From NCBI GenBank assembly GCA_965372795.1, contig CBDVDR010000022.1:1-50338 (forward strand): DNA of 50,338 nt, given 5' to 3'. The first letter of the stretch is position 1. The number at the start of each line of letters is the position of its first letter. Below the pieces are notes generated by a model that saw nothing but the letters and a program-made list of their open reading frames with translations, had not been told where the DNA came from and searched no databases. Below are positions 19,227-28,414 of this stretch, piece after piece. This stretch comes from an uncultured bacterium. Its GTDB lineage: Bacteria; Zixibacteria; MSB-5A5; GN15; FEB-12. Position numbers and translations under genes: made by a program.

Positions 19227-20246
19227 ATGTCAAAAAAGGGAAAACGAGGTTTTTTCATAATTATTGGGATTATTATCTCAGTCTTTCTAATATGGTTTTT
19301 ATTCAAAGATATTAATTTTGCCGCATTAGTTGATACTCTTAAAAAAGCCAACTATTACTGGCTGATTCCTACTATTATTGTAATTATTCTCACTATGTAT
19401 ATGCGGGCTGTACGCTGGCATTTTATGGTCCTTCCCATTAAAAAGGTTAAGTTCAGCAACCTTCTTGCCGCCACCTGTGTCGGATTTATGGCAAACAATG
19501 TTTTACCATTAAGATTAGGAGAGTTTGTCAGGGCGTATTCGCTGTCTTCACAGGATAAAGAGATTACAAAATCCGCATCACTGGCAACTATATTTGTTGA
19601 GCGAATAGTTTTTGACCTGGTCGCTTTGCTGTCAATTTTTGGGATAACTTTCTGGCTCTCAGGATCGCTTCAGAAGCAGATTGATGATCAGATTACGGTT
19701 GGAGTTTCTATTGCTGTCGGTATTGCTATTATTGGCATATTAGTCATGTTATTTTTAGCTCTTCATCCTGAAAAAGTAGGCAATATTCTTACCCGTTATC
19801 TGTTTTTCTTACCAGATAGGTTTTCCGATTTAATAAAGTCAATGATTCTTAAATTCGCCCGCGGGGTTGAATTTATGACTAATGGCAAAATGGTATTCTG
19901 GGTGGGGATAAATACTTTAATTATTTGGGTTCTTTTAGGGCTTTCAAACTTATTTGTCTTCGCAATATTTGATTTTAACATCCCCGCAGCAGCAGCCTTT
20001 GTGCTCTTAGTGATTGTATCGATTTCGATTATGATTCCATCGTCACCCGGCTTTATCGGTGTTTATCATGCCGGAGTTGCATGGTCCCTCAAGGTGTATG
20101 GCATTCCCAAAGAGGAAGCCTTGTCCTGTGCCCTGGTACTTCATGCCTGCCAATATTTAACGGTGACTTTGATGGGCTTTTATTTCTTGAAAAAAGAGCA
20201 TCTTTCTTTAAAACAGCTTGAAGAGGAAGCGGTCGAAGAGATATAA
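19227..20246 (+). CDS. UPF0104 / lysylphosphatidylglycerol synthase TM-region (flippase-like) membrane protein
   Basis: RAVRW, NNVLPLRLGEFVR, ERIVFD, PSSPGFIGVY. Confidence 0.88.
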   Translation: MSKKGKRGFFIIIGIIISVFLIWFLFKDINFAALVDTLKKANYYWLIPTIIVIILTMYMRAVRWHFMVLPIKKVKFSNLLAATCVGFMANNVLPLRLGEFVRAYSLSSQDKEITKSASLATIFVERIVFDLVALLSIFGITFWLSGSLQKQIDDQITVGVSIAVGIAIIGILVMLFLALHPEKVGNILTRYLFFLPDRFSDLIKSMILKFARGVEFMTNGKMVFWVGINTLIIWVLLGLSNLFVFAIFDFNIPAAAAFVLLVIVSISIMIPSSPGFIGVYHAGVAWSLKVYGIPKEEALSCALVLHACQYLTVTLMGFYFLKKEHLSLKQLEEEAVEEI

Positions 20247-20381
20247 GTTTCAGCAATAATTCTTAATAGTCCCAATTTCACAAAACAAAATACCCCCGAT
20301 TATTCCATTTAAAGCAACCTCAAAAGTTAAAACTTGACTCTTTGTGAGAGCTTAACTTTAGTAACAATCAAAGGATGGGAA

Positions 20382-20936
20382 ATGATGAAAAAGGCACTAT
20401 TAATTGCTCTTCTTGTTATAATGATACTCGTCTTGAGTTATGTTAAACAACAAAGACAGGAAGACCAACAGGCGGATGCATTTGAAAAAGGGAAGCTTGA
20501 GGCTGGAACTGAGCTTGCAGGTTTCAAGAATTCTGTTGATTCATTAAAAGTTGAAATGGGCTCCAAAGAAGTGACATTTGCTGATTCTTTGGTGAGAGTC
20601 GATCAATCATACCAAAATGAAATTAGCAACCTTTCCACAGTTGTTGATGCTAAATCTGACACAATTGAAGTATTATCAGGTAAATTAAAATCAATATCTA
20701 CTTCGAAGACGAAGGCTAATACGAGCACATCTAAAAAACTATCTTCTGAATTATCAAAAAAGCACGCTCAGATTCTTACTTATTATAAAAAAAGATATAA
20801 AAATTTACCCTCTGATTTATCACAATATGAACGACGAATCGCTTTAAATGAGATTGAAGAAGAAACAGCGCAAAAATTTATTATTTCTTTGACTGAACTT
20901 AAAAAATTACGTGAACAAAATAAGCTAAACTATTAA
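20382..20936 (+). CDS. Hypothetical membrane-anchored coiled-coil protein
   Basis: Likely start ATG 20382 after AAGGA; single N-terminal hydrophobic helix followed by heptad-rich sequence. Confidence 0.65.
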   Translation: MMKKALLIALLVIMILVLSYVKQQRQEDQQADAFEKGKLEAGTELAGFKNSVDSLKVEMGSKEVTFADSLVRVDQSYQNEISNLSTVVDAKSDTIEVLSGKLKSISTSKTKANTSTSKKLSSELSKKHAQILTYYKKRYKNLPSDLSQYERRIALNEIEEETAQKFIISLTELKKLREQNKLNY

Positions 20937-20951
20937 AGGAGAACAAAGTAA

Positions 20952-21269
20952 ATGCCAACCAGAAGAGAATTTGAATTTGCTGAGGTAGCCGTCAACAAGC
21001 TCTTTCTGGAATCATTTGCCAACGAACATTCTCCATATTATGTCGGAAATGAAGAAAAACCGCTCGCAGTTACTCTTGGGAAATACCGAAATAGATTCAA
21101 ATATCATGTTAATAATTCTCTTTCAATGCGTCAAAAAGAGGTCATCAAGCACTATCTGACTGGTAAAACCGAAAGGGAAATCGCCAAGATATTGGGCGTG
21201 ACTCAGCAGGTAGTGAATATTTATAAGCACAGGGCTATTAAGAAGTTACATAAAATACTTACTTCGTAG
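20952..21269 (+). CDS. Small sigma70-region-4 / LuxR-type HTH protein
   Basis: LSMRQKEVIKHYLTGKTEREIAKILGVTQQVV..KHRAIKKL; SD AAGGAG. Confidence 0.85.
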   Translation: MPTRREFEFAEVAVNKLFLESFANEHSPYYVGNEEKPLAVTLGKYRNRFKYHVNNSLSMRQKEVIKHYLTGKTEREIAKILGVTQQVVNIYKHRAIKKLHKILTS

Positions 21270-21449
21270 GTGTATGTCAAAAAACTAATATATAGAATTG
21301 TATACTTTTTGAACAATTTAATATAACGTATTATTTTAAATTCTGATCGGAGGTGGTATTCAGAATTTAGTTATCTCCCTGGCCGCTAACCATATATACT
21401 TTAATACCTTTTGGTAGAGGGGACCATTTATTAAAAGGGAGAACGATGT

Positions 21450-21635
21450 ATGCCAAAGAGAAAAGAACCCGAAAAGTACGCTAACCTTGGAAGCAAAGAT
21501 TGCTGGCATCCTTATAGCCTGCAAATATTGAGTCCAGCGAAATTTTCTAATGTAGTTGGCAAAATTTTACGGGGCAAGTACGAGTTGGTAAGTTCAAAGT
21601 CTGACCGTGGAGTTGCTCCTGATATAGTGCATTAG
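21450..21635 (+). CDS. Possible small protein (61 aa)
   Basis: SD AGGGAG 8 nt upstream and a terminator downstream; no recognisable motif. Confidence 0.45.
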   Translation: MPKRKEPEKYANLGSKDCWHPYSLQILSPAKFSNVVGKILRGKYELVSSKSDRGVAPDIVH

Positions 21636-21672
21636 ATTCAGGATTTCAAGCGTCAAACTTAAAAAGAATTTC

Positions 21673-21703
21673 AGGGGCTCAGATTTGAGCCCCTTCTTTT
21701 TTT
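21673..21703 (+). terminator. Intrinsic terminator
   Basis: AGGGGCTCA-GATT-TGAGCCCCT followed by TCTTTTTTT. Confidence 0.9.
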
Positions 21704-21750
21704 ATATTTATTCTTGACTGTCAATCAATAAAAACTATCATACTTTCTCT

Positions 21751-22494
21751 ATGAATGAACAAGTAGTTTTATATAGTATTATTATATTTCTCACCGCTTT
21801 TTTGGGCGGCTTGATTACCATTATAAAAAAGTGGTCTGATGAATTTCTACATCTTTTTATATCATTTGGTGCCGGTATATTTTTAGGACTTGTCTTTTTG
21901 CATCTTTTACCGGAAGCATTAAGCCATGCTGAAAGCACTCTTATTCCGCTAATGGTTTTAGCCGGATTTATTCTAATATTCTTTATTGAAAGAATCCTCT
22001 TTATTCAGGGTGAAGACGGAGGAGATGATAACAGCCATAAAGTTATTTCAATCACTGCTTTGGTTGGGCTTTCGGTGCACTCACTCATTGGAGGTGTCGG
22101 GTTAGCTGTGGGCAGTTTGAAACCTGGTCTGGGCTGGATAATATTTCTTTCAATAATTGCTCATAAAATTCCGGCTGCATTTGCACTGACTTCTTTGTTT
22201 GTTCTGGGTAAATTCACAAAAAAACAAACTATAAAGCTGTTGTTAATTTTTTCTTTAATGACACCGATTGGAGCCCTGGCTTTAGCCCCACTTTTTTCGA
22301 CAATTGGAGATTCAGGGATAAATTTGCTGGCTGGGTTTACAGCAGGTACTTTTCTATATGTGGCGACTGGGGATTTATTGCCGGAAGTTTTCCATACCAA
22401 GGATAAACGATGGGTAAAACTTGGGTTGGTTTTAATTGGAATTTTATTTATTTCATCTATGGGTTTTCTTGATGTTGCTCATGTTGGACATTAA
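21751..22494 (+). CDS. ZIP-family metal (Zn) transporter
   Basis: FGAGIFLG..LHLLPEA, VHSLIGG, IIAHKIPAA, GTFLYVA.GDLLPE. Confidence 0.9.
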   Translation: MNEQVVLYSIIIFLTAFLGGLITIIKKWSDEFLHLFISFGAGIFLGLVFLHLLPEALSHAESTLIPLMVLAGFILIFFIERILFIQGEDGGDDNSHKVISITALVGLSVHSLIGGVGLAVGSLKPGLGWIIFLSIIAHKIPAAFALTSLFVLGKFTKKQTIKLLLIFSLMTPIGALALAPLFSTIGDSGINLLAGFTAGTFLYVATGDLLPEVFHTKDKRWVKLGLVLIGILFISSMGFLDVAHVGH

Positions 22495-22547
22495 TAAAAT
22501 ATTAAACGAATTTTGACTCTTTCTGTATAATAAAGAAATCAGGAGAG

Positions 22548-23075
22548 ATGATGAATAAAACTTTGAATCAGATTATTATTATTGCAGTTCTATCTGTAAT
22601 TCTTGGAGGAGCAAGAAATATATTATTCTCCAACGATATTGATTTTGTTGGAAAATGGCGTGATCTTTCTTCCGGAGAAGAACCTATCATTCCGCCAACT
22701 GCTGAAGAAGGCGACCCGGTTTTTATTGCTATAGATGTTGCCGAAATGGAACATAGCACAGGAAAAACCTTATTTATTGATGCCCGCGATCCTGAAGAAT
22801 TTGAATGTGGGACAATTCCGGGTTCCATTAATATCCCGTTTGATTATCTTCCCGAAGGCGATTTAGCTCCCTACTTTGACTCAGCTATGGGTGGCATTGC
22901 ATTAGATTATACCATGGTTGTGTTTTGTTCCGGAGAGGAATGTGATTTATCACTTCATCTTGCCCGAAATATGCAAGATGTGGGGTATACTAATCTCATG
23001 ATATTTTTTGGTGGCTCCAGAGAGTGGGAGAACTATGAACTTGAAATAGAAAGGGTCGGAAATTGCGAAGAGTAA
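22548..23075 (+). CDS. Exported rhodanese-like domain protein
   Basis: FIDAR..EF..GTIPGSINIP, active-site loop FCSGEEC, GG..EW; N-terminal TM/signal. Confidence 0.85.
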   Translation: MMNKTLNQIIIIAVLSVILGGARNILFSNDIDFVGKWRDLSSGEEPIIPPTAEEGDPVFIAIDVAEMEHSTGKTLFIDARDPEEFECGTIPGSINIPFDYLPEGDLAPYFDSAMGGIALDYTMVVFCSGEECDLSLHLARNMQDVGYTNLMIFFGGSREWENYELEIERVGNCEE

Positions 23076-23509
23076 TTGACAATGATTTACTGACTCTTTT
23101 AGTTAGAGTTGCAATCGGTGTTACGTTTATTTATGCTTCATATTACAAGATTATTGATCCTGTAAGTTTCGCTAAATCTATCTGGTATTATCATCTAGTC
23201 CCAGGTAATTTAATTAATTTTATAGCTCTCTTTTTACCATGGTTTGAATTGCTTTGTGGAGTCTTTATTATTTTAGGAATATTTTATAAGGGATCTGTTT
23301 TAAGTGTAAATTTAATGACCCTTTTATTTATCGGAGCCTTGTCTTCGGCAATCGTACGGGGGATAAGCATTGACTGCGGCTGTTTCAAAGCTTCTGCTGC
23401 TACAACTGAATCGGCCTGGAATACTTTATGGTTTGACCTGGGTTTGCTTATTTTTACAATTCAACTGTTTTTGAGCCGTTCAACAAAATGGATGCTGGCA
23501 AAAAAGTAA
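23063..23509 (+). CDS. DoxX/MauE-family membrane protein
   Basis: FIYASYYKI.DP..F, LPWFEL..G, RGISIDCGCF. Confidence 0.88.
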   Translation: MRRVIDNDLLTLLVRVAIGVTFIYASYYKIIDPVSFAKSIWYYHLVPGNLINFIALFLPWFELLCGVFIILGIFYKGSVLSVNLMTLLFIGALSSAIVRGISIDCGCFKASAATTESAWNTLWFDLGLLIFTIQLFLSRSTKWMLAKK

Positions 23510-24799
23510 TTATTGAATAATTGTTGGTGTTATCAATATCAACAAATCAGTTGTTTTTTTTTCAGTAGAATGACTGGTGAAAAGGAGATTCCCCAGAATT
23601 GGAATCAAACTTAAACCGGGAACTTTCCTTTTTACAATTATCTCATTTTCTTTCAATAAACCACCAAGGGCTGCAGTTTCACCATTTTTAACAGTAATTC
23701 TTGTCTTAATTGAGCGTTGGGTTGTAATTGGTTTCTGGTTATCAGCCGGACCGGCAAATCCGATTATATCTTCTATAATCGGGTTTACATCCATCGTTAT
23801 CATTCCATTTTCATTAATACGCGGGGTGACCCTTAAGGATATTCCAACTTCTTCGTCAAAAAATGTTAAAATGTCGGTAGTTGAGGCCGCTTCTGAAAAA
23901 CGATTAATCGTTGGAATAGGAATGATTGTCTGAATCTGAATTAGAGCTTCATGATTTTCAACAGTTGTTATTCTTGGATCTGAGATTAACTTGCTATTAT
24001 CATTTTGTTCCAAAAGGTTTAATACAATATTCATTTGGTCGATTGAAAGTGTTCCCCAAACCCAGTCTTTGGTTTCCAGGTCCATTATTCCGACAGAATT
24101 ATCAAAATCTACTTGTGATGAGGATGTTGCGTCTGGCTCGGATACTGATTTTGCACCTAAGTTGGCATTAATTTGTGTGGGCCAGTCAAATCCCAGTTTA
24201 GCTTTTGAATCGATGGTGGTCTCAATGATTTTAACCTCTATTGAAATCAATCGTTCCGGTATATCAAGATCAGCTATCAGATTTAACATTTTTTTTAAAA
24301 CAGTTGGATAATCAGATATCAATATTTGATTCGGGTGGTAAGTACTTCTGTTTGAATCACCATCTTTGGTTTTATCAAGAATAACAACCTTGCCTTTTTC
24401 ACTCTTGTAAGCATCAAGAGCCTTCTGAGCCATTACCGGATCGCAGTATTTTAATGTAATTATCTGAGCGTCAAGTTCGCCAGTAGTCTTGGAATCTGTC
24501 GGTTTAATTACAATTACATTGCCATCCATATAGTAATTAAAACCGTTAGGGTGGAGGATTGAGTTTAAAGCAGTAAAAATACTAACATCATTTAATCGAA
24601 CAGTCACCTCTTTTTCAACATCTCCCGAAACCACAACATTCAAATCATATTGTAAAGCGATTGTATTAATAATGGTTAAAAGAGGAACATTCTCAAGCTG
24701 CATAGATACTGTTTCAGTTTCAGCTGAAACGATGCCGCCAAAACTGCAAAGTAAGAGAACTAATATTAAAATGATTATTAAAGTTATATTTTTATTCAT
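23510..24799 (-). CDS. Outer-membrane secretin (MshL/PilQ/GspD family)
   Basis: STN-like N-domain, ISIEVKIIE, ISDPRITT, GISLRVTPRI, GETAALGGL, KVPGLSLIPILG, LLILITPTII. Confidence 0.92.
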   Translation of the reverse strand: MNKNITLIIILILVLLLCSFGGIVSAETETVSMQLENVPLLTIINTIALQYDLNVVVSGDVEKEVTVRLNDVSIFTALNSILHPNGFNYYMDGNVIVIKPTDSKTTGELDAQIITLKYCDPVMAQKALDAYKSEKGKVVILDKTKDGDSNRSTYHPNQILISDYPTVLKKMLNLIADLDIPERLISIEVKIIETTIDSKAKLGFDWPTQINANLGAKSVSEPDATSSSQVDFDNSVGIMDLETKDWVWGTLSIDQMNIVLNLLEQNDNSKLISDPRITTVENHEALIQIQTIIPIPTINRFSEAASTTDILTFFDEEVGISLRVTPRINENGMITMDVNPIIEDIIGFAGPADNQKPITTQRSIKTRITVKNGETAALGGLLKENEIIVKRKVPGLSLIPILGNLLFTSHSTEKKTTDLLILITPTIIQ

Positions 24800-24802
24800 T
24801 AT

Positions 24803-25258
24803 CTAAAATCCTTTTGTCACACTCAATGTGATTTCTTTGCCGTCCATGTTGAGAATTACTTTATCTCTATATATTTTTACAATTGTAGCATTATCTATTT
24901 TATCGTCAGTTTTGAATGATTTATTATTAATAATAGCAAATGGATTGCTTTTGTTAAAAATAATCCCGGATAACACTAAATTGTTATTTACAGCTTTATA
25001 ATTATTGAAGTTTTTGACTATTTTTCGTTGAATTTTAAAAGGGTCTCTGCCCCATTTTTTAGCCATCATCTCAAGTGTATCAATCAGTTGTTGTTCAGCA
25101 ACTAATTTAATTACGGTTTGATCAAGGTTCTTTACTGAGGGGGGAAGTTGTGAACTCTTATTGATGGATTTATCACTTGGATTAAGGTTATAAACTCCCC
25201 AAATAATTGCAAAACCAAAGCATGCATAGACAATATATTTTCTTAATTTTTCATTCAT
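24803..25258 (-). CDS. MshK/PilP/GspC-like accessory protein
   Basis: N-terminal TM, RDPF, LSGII....AIIN...D.I....IVKI...VIL; lies just before the secretin. Confidence 0.65.
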   Translation of the reverse strand: MNEKLRKYIVYACFGFAIIWGVYNLNPSDKSINKSSQLPPSVKNLDQTVIKLVAEQQLIDTLEMMAKKWGRDPFKIQRKIVKNFNNYKAVNNNLVLSGIIFNKSNPFAIINNKSFKTDDKIDNATIVKIYRDKVILNMDGKEITLSVTKGF

Positions 25259-25818
25259 GATTTGTTACTCAAATTTCCCAGTAACGCTTTAAACCCAAAT
25301 CGAAATAGAAGTTCTTCATCAAATTCATTTGAACCAATTACCTGGCATAAATTTGTAGATCTGAAAAAGTTTGATGATTCTACCATTTTAACAAATCGGC
25401 CAAATCTATCATATTGTCCGGTCATCTTTAAGGAGATATTCAAAAATAACGGTTGAGTAGAGTCTGAAACCATCCTGTTAAGTGTCAATAATTCTTCAAT
25501 TGGTGGAGTTATTTCATCAATTACCAAATCACTTGAGGCTGCCAGAGTGTTTAACTTTTCAAATAGTTTTAATAAATCTCTTTTTGTGTAAAGTTTGTCA
25601 TTAAGACTATTTTTAAATAGTAGGAAATTGTTCTGTTCTTTGATAATATTTGGCAAGTTTTCCAAGGTTCTTTTGTAATCTGTTAACTGACTTTCAAGTT
25701 CATGTTTTTTTACTATTAGGGTCAGTTTTTCTTTATGAAGAGGTAGAAGAACAAACGATATCCAAATTCCCGATAAAATTATTGTTAAGGCAAGGTATGT
25801 GAAAGATTTGTTTTTCAT
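25255..25818 (-). CDS. PilO/MshJ-like inner-membrane alignment protein
   Basis: TM, coiled coil and a GQYDRFGRFV..VE motif; operon position. Confidence 0.7.
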   Translation of the reverse strand: MKNKSFTYLALTIILSGIWISFVLLPLHKEKLTLIVKKHELESQLTDYKRTLENLPNIIKEQNNFLLFKNSLNDKLYTKRDLLKLFEKLNTLAASSDLVIDEITPPIEELLTLNRMVSDSTQPLFLNISLKMTGQYDRFGRFVKMVESSNFFRSTNLCQVIGSNEFDEELLFRFGFKALLGNLSNKS

Positions 25819-27431
25819 GCCACACCCCGCATCTGAATTACAAACTCTATTTCAAAGTGATCGTCAACAGTCTTTTTGATGTGTTTTATAATTTTCACAT
25901 CATAATAAAATGGAGAACTGGTTAAACTGGCGGTGTATTCTGCAAGAATAATTTCAGGTGGTATTTTTTTGGAGACTACCACACCCTGAATTAACATATT
26001 CTGGTTTTGTTCTTTTGGTTTAAAATCAAGATGAATAAGTTTGATTTTGTCTGGAGTAAGGAGTGAAAGCTCCTTTAAATTATAATTTAAATAAGAGGGT
26101 TCATTTTTGATTTTATCAAAATATGACCTGCTCATTAAAATTTGTTTTTTTAAATTATTGTAAGTATGGATTGCTTCTGAGTTTTTAAACTTATCTATCT
26201 GCTGGTTCGTTTCATCGAGATGATTTGTCTCATGAATTATACTGTTGTGTAATATTACCCAGCTTAATAGCATGGCTATCACAGCTGTTGCAAACGTTAA
26301 CTTGCTATATAAAGTTTTTGAAGCTTCTTTTCTTTTTGCCGATAGTTTTGGCGGGATGAGATTAATACTTTCAAATTGACATGAAGCTGATGCGACAACC
26401 GGCAGGCAGGCAGGTAAACTTTCTTGTAAAATTTCATTCAGATTATTTAAAAAACCTATTTTATTAATAGGAAACTTTTTGAAGGTGAAATTTGAATTTT
26501 TACCTAAAGCATCAAGTAGTTCTTTACTATATGATAAATCTCCGTAAACATAAATTTCGTTGGTCGCAACACCGGAATATTGTCCTGAAAAATAATCATA
26601 TGAAATATTTATTAGATCAATCGTTGATTCAGCGAAAAAATCAAATTTAGTCGGGTCAAGAAAATTGCCCTGGAATGCAGACGTGATATTATTGTTATAA
26701 TAAAATTGTAACTGATGACCGTTAAAAAAGGAAACTTCAATCAATCCACGAGTAATATTTAAAACCGTATACGTCTTATCTTTTTGAAAATCAGACAAAT
26801 GAAGCAGCAATAAACCAAGTACGTCCTGAGTATGGAATATTTTGTATGTATCAGTCTTTGTATCTTTGAATGATTTTAGAATTTTTGAAATATTCTGTTT
26901 AGTTGAAGCATAGAGTGCTATTTTATTTTGACTTTTTGATTGAGATATAATCTTACTGGTTATTTTAAAATCATATATACAGTCTTCAGCAGGGAAGGGC
27001 ACTTGATTGGAAATTTCAAACCCGATAGCTGATTTAAGTTCTTTTTTATTGATTGAGGGCATTAAAAAAGTACGAAAAGCAGTCGATTTTCCCGTTAAGG
27101 CAATTGAGATTTTCGGGAAAATTCCGCCGAACTCTTTGATATAGCTGGATACTTGATTGTTTATAAACGAATTTCGTTTCTCATCTGTATTAAGAGATTT
27201 GGGGATATAAATTTTGCTGGCATCAATTAGTTTGACTTTATAAAATATATGTGAAACAGCCGCCATTTGAATTGAAGTCTTTGTTAGCGAGAACGAGAGG
27301 TGTCTTCCAAATTGAAAAAAAGATTTGGGTTTGGTTGGTATTTCGATTAATTGATTACTTTTCCCACTTAAAGAGGACTTTTTATCCTTTATAAATGGAA
27401 ATGATCTGACGAATGTCTTTAAGTCGGGCAT
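25815..27431 (-). CDS. PilM-PilN fusion (MshI/GspL-like) alignment protein
   Basis: Cytoplasmic actin-like region (QVPF..DCIYDF), INLIP motif, TM, then a PilN-like periplasmic domain. Confidence 0.7.
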   Translation of the reverse strand: MPDLKTFVRSFPFIKDKKSSLSGKSNQLIEIPTKPKSFFQFGRHLSFSLTKTSIQMAAVSHIFYKVKLIDASKIYIPKSLNTDEKRNSFINNQVSSYIKEFGGIFPKISIALTGKSTAFRTFLMPSINKKELKSAIGFEISNQVPFPAEDCIYDFKITSKIISQSKSQNKIALYASTKQNISKILKSFKDTKTDTYKIFHTQDVLGLLLLHLSDFQKDKTYTVLNITRGLIEVSFFNGHQLQFYYNNNITSAFQGNFLDPTKFDFFAESTIDLINISYDYFSGQYSGVATNEIYVYGDLSYSKELLDALGKNSNFTFKKFPINKIGFLNNLNEILQESLPACLPVVASASCQFESINLIPPKLSAKRKEASKTLYSKLTFATAVIAMLLSWVILHNSIIHETNHLDETNQQIDKFKNSEAIHTYNNLKKQILMSRSYFDKIKNEPSYLNYNLKELSLLTPDKIKLIHLDFKPKEQNQNMLIQGVVVSKKIPPEIILAEYTASLTSSPFYYDVKIIKHIKKTVDDHFEIEFVIQMRGVA

Positions 27432-27443
27432 AATTACCTCAGA

Positions 27444-27908
27444 TCAAAATGTTACAATTATTGAATCGCTGGCACCAATAGATAGTAATCTTCGAAAAGA
27501 TGGTTGATATACATAGGCATTACCCCAGGCATCACTGGAATAACTGTTTCCGGCACTATCAATGTAAGGGCCGTTCCATCCAAGTCTTGTCAATCTATCG
27601 TAGACTGCAACAGAATCAGGTTTCTTTGCAAGATCAATCAATGATTGAGGTAGAAAACCCAAATCACCTTCAAAGCCTCTATCAATATATTCTCCGCCGG
27701 CAACTATATTGGGATTGCCGATAATGGCTCTTTTCAAAGAATTCATTTCTTCAGTTGTAGCAGTAACTTTTGAGCTCTCTGACATATCGCTAAACTTAGG
27801 AATTGCAACAGCAGCAAGAATACCCAAAATTACAATGATAATAACAAGCTCGATCAAAGTGAATCCTGATTGATCGAGCTTAGTTGTTTTGTGGTATTGT
27901 ACTAACAA
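27444..27908 (-). CDS. Type IV pilin-like protein with GspG-like C-terminal motifs
   Basis: G|FTLIELVIIIVILGILAAVAIP, WNGPYI, DAWGNAYVY. Start inferred at TTG 27908, just after the upstream stop codon. Confidence 0.85.
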   Translation of the reverse strand: MLVQYHKTTKLDQSGFTLIELVIIIVILGILAAVAIPKFSDMSESSKVTATTEEMNSLKRAIIGNPNIVAGGEYIDRGFEGDLGFLPQSLIDLAKKPDSVAVYDRLTRLGWNGPYIDSAGNSYSSDAWGNAYVYQPSFRRLLSIGASDSIIVTF

Positions 27909-27912
27909 TTGT

Positions 27913-28341
27913 TTACCAATTATTTTCTCCAACAATGTTTGTATTAAGCCAAATTTCTCCAGAAGCAGGCAAATAAGCCCATCCACCACGAGCACCAACG
28001 ATAGTACCCTTAGTTACACCGGTGACGAGTGAGTCAGGAGCATTAGTGGATAATTGATAAGGATTTTTTGGAAGCGATTGTTCCATAACAATACCTGAAG
28101 TACTAAGATCTACCTGAGTTGGCCAGGTAGCAGTACCTGTTTTTACAGCTTCATTAGCATAAAAAATTGTTACTCCGGAACGAAGAGAACCTAAGGCTGC
28201 TCTTCCAGCAGCTTCACGAGCTTCGGTCGTAATATCCTGATATTTTGGAATTGCAACAGCGGCAAGAATACCCAAAATTACAATGATAATTACCAATTCG
28301 ATCAGAGTGAAACCCTTTTGATTCAAGTGATTGAAACGCAT
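27913..28341 (-). CDS. Probable major type IV pilin (MshA-like)
   Basis: QKG|FTLIELVIIIVILGILAAVAIPKY; short leader, SD AGGAG, own promoter. Confidence 0.9.
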   Translation of the reverse strand: MRFNHLNQKGFTLIELVIIIVILGILAAVAIPKYQDITTEAREAAGRAALGSLRSGVTIFYANEAVKTGTATWPTQVDLSTSGIVMEQSLPKNPYQLSTNAPDSLVTGVTKGTIVGARGGWAYLPASGEIWLNTNIVGENNW

Positions 28342-28383
28342 AATGCTATCTCCTATTTAAAATAAAATAATACTCATAGTATT

Positions 28384-28410
28384 AAATCGGTTTTATTACC
28401 TGTTTTCTTA
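28384..28410 (-). promoter_or_regulatory. sigma28-type promoter of the pilin gene
   Basis: Minus strand reads TAAG-N15-ACCGATTT within the short intergenic gap before the pilin. Confidence 0.6.
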
Positions 28411-28414
28411 ATAA

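Noticed and set aside
20295..20302. CCCGATTA as a further sigma28 -10 box
   Set aside because: Two mismatches and no TAAA-like -35 at 15 bp.
21270..21703. 6S RNA, tmRNA, RNase P or SRP RNA
   Set aside because: Diagnostic motifs (tRNA-like ends, GAGGAAAGTCC, SRP loop, single long bulged rod) were not found by eye; kept only as an unknown structured RNA candidate.
23507..23512. Abutting stop codons of the convergent doxX and secretin genes
   Set aside because: Common in compact genomes; no sign of a functional antisense overlap.
27909..27998. Upstream extension of the second pilin ORF, or a frameshift fusion of the two pilins
   Set aside because: The extension overlaps the first pilin in another frame, no slippery site is evident, and each gene has its own prepilin cleavage motif.
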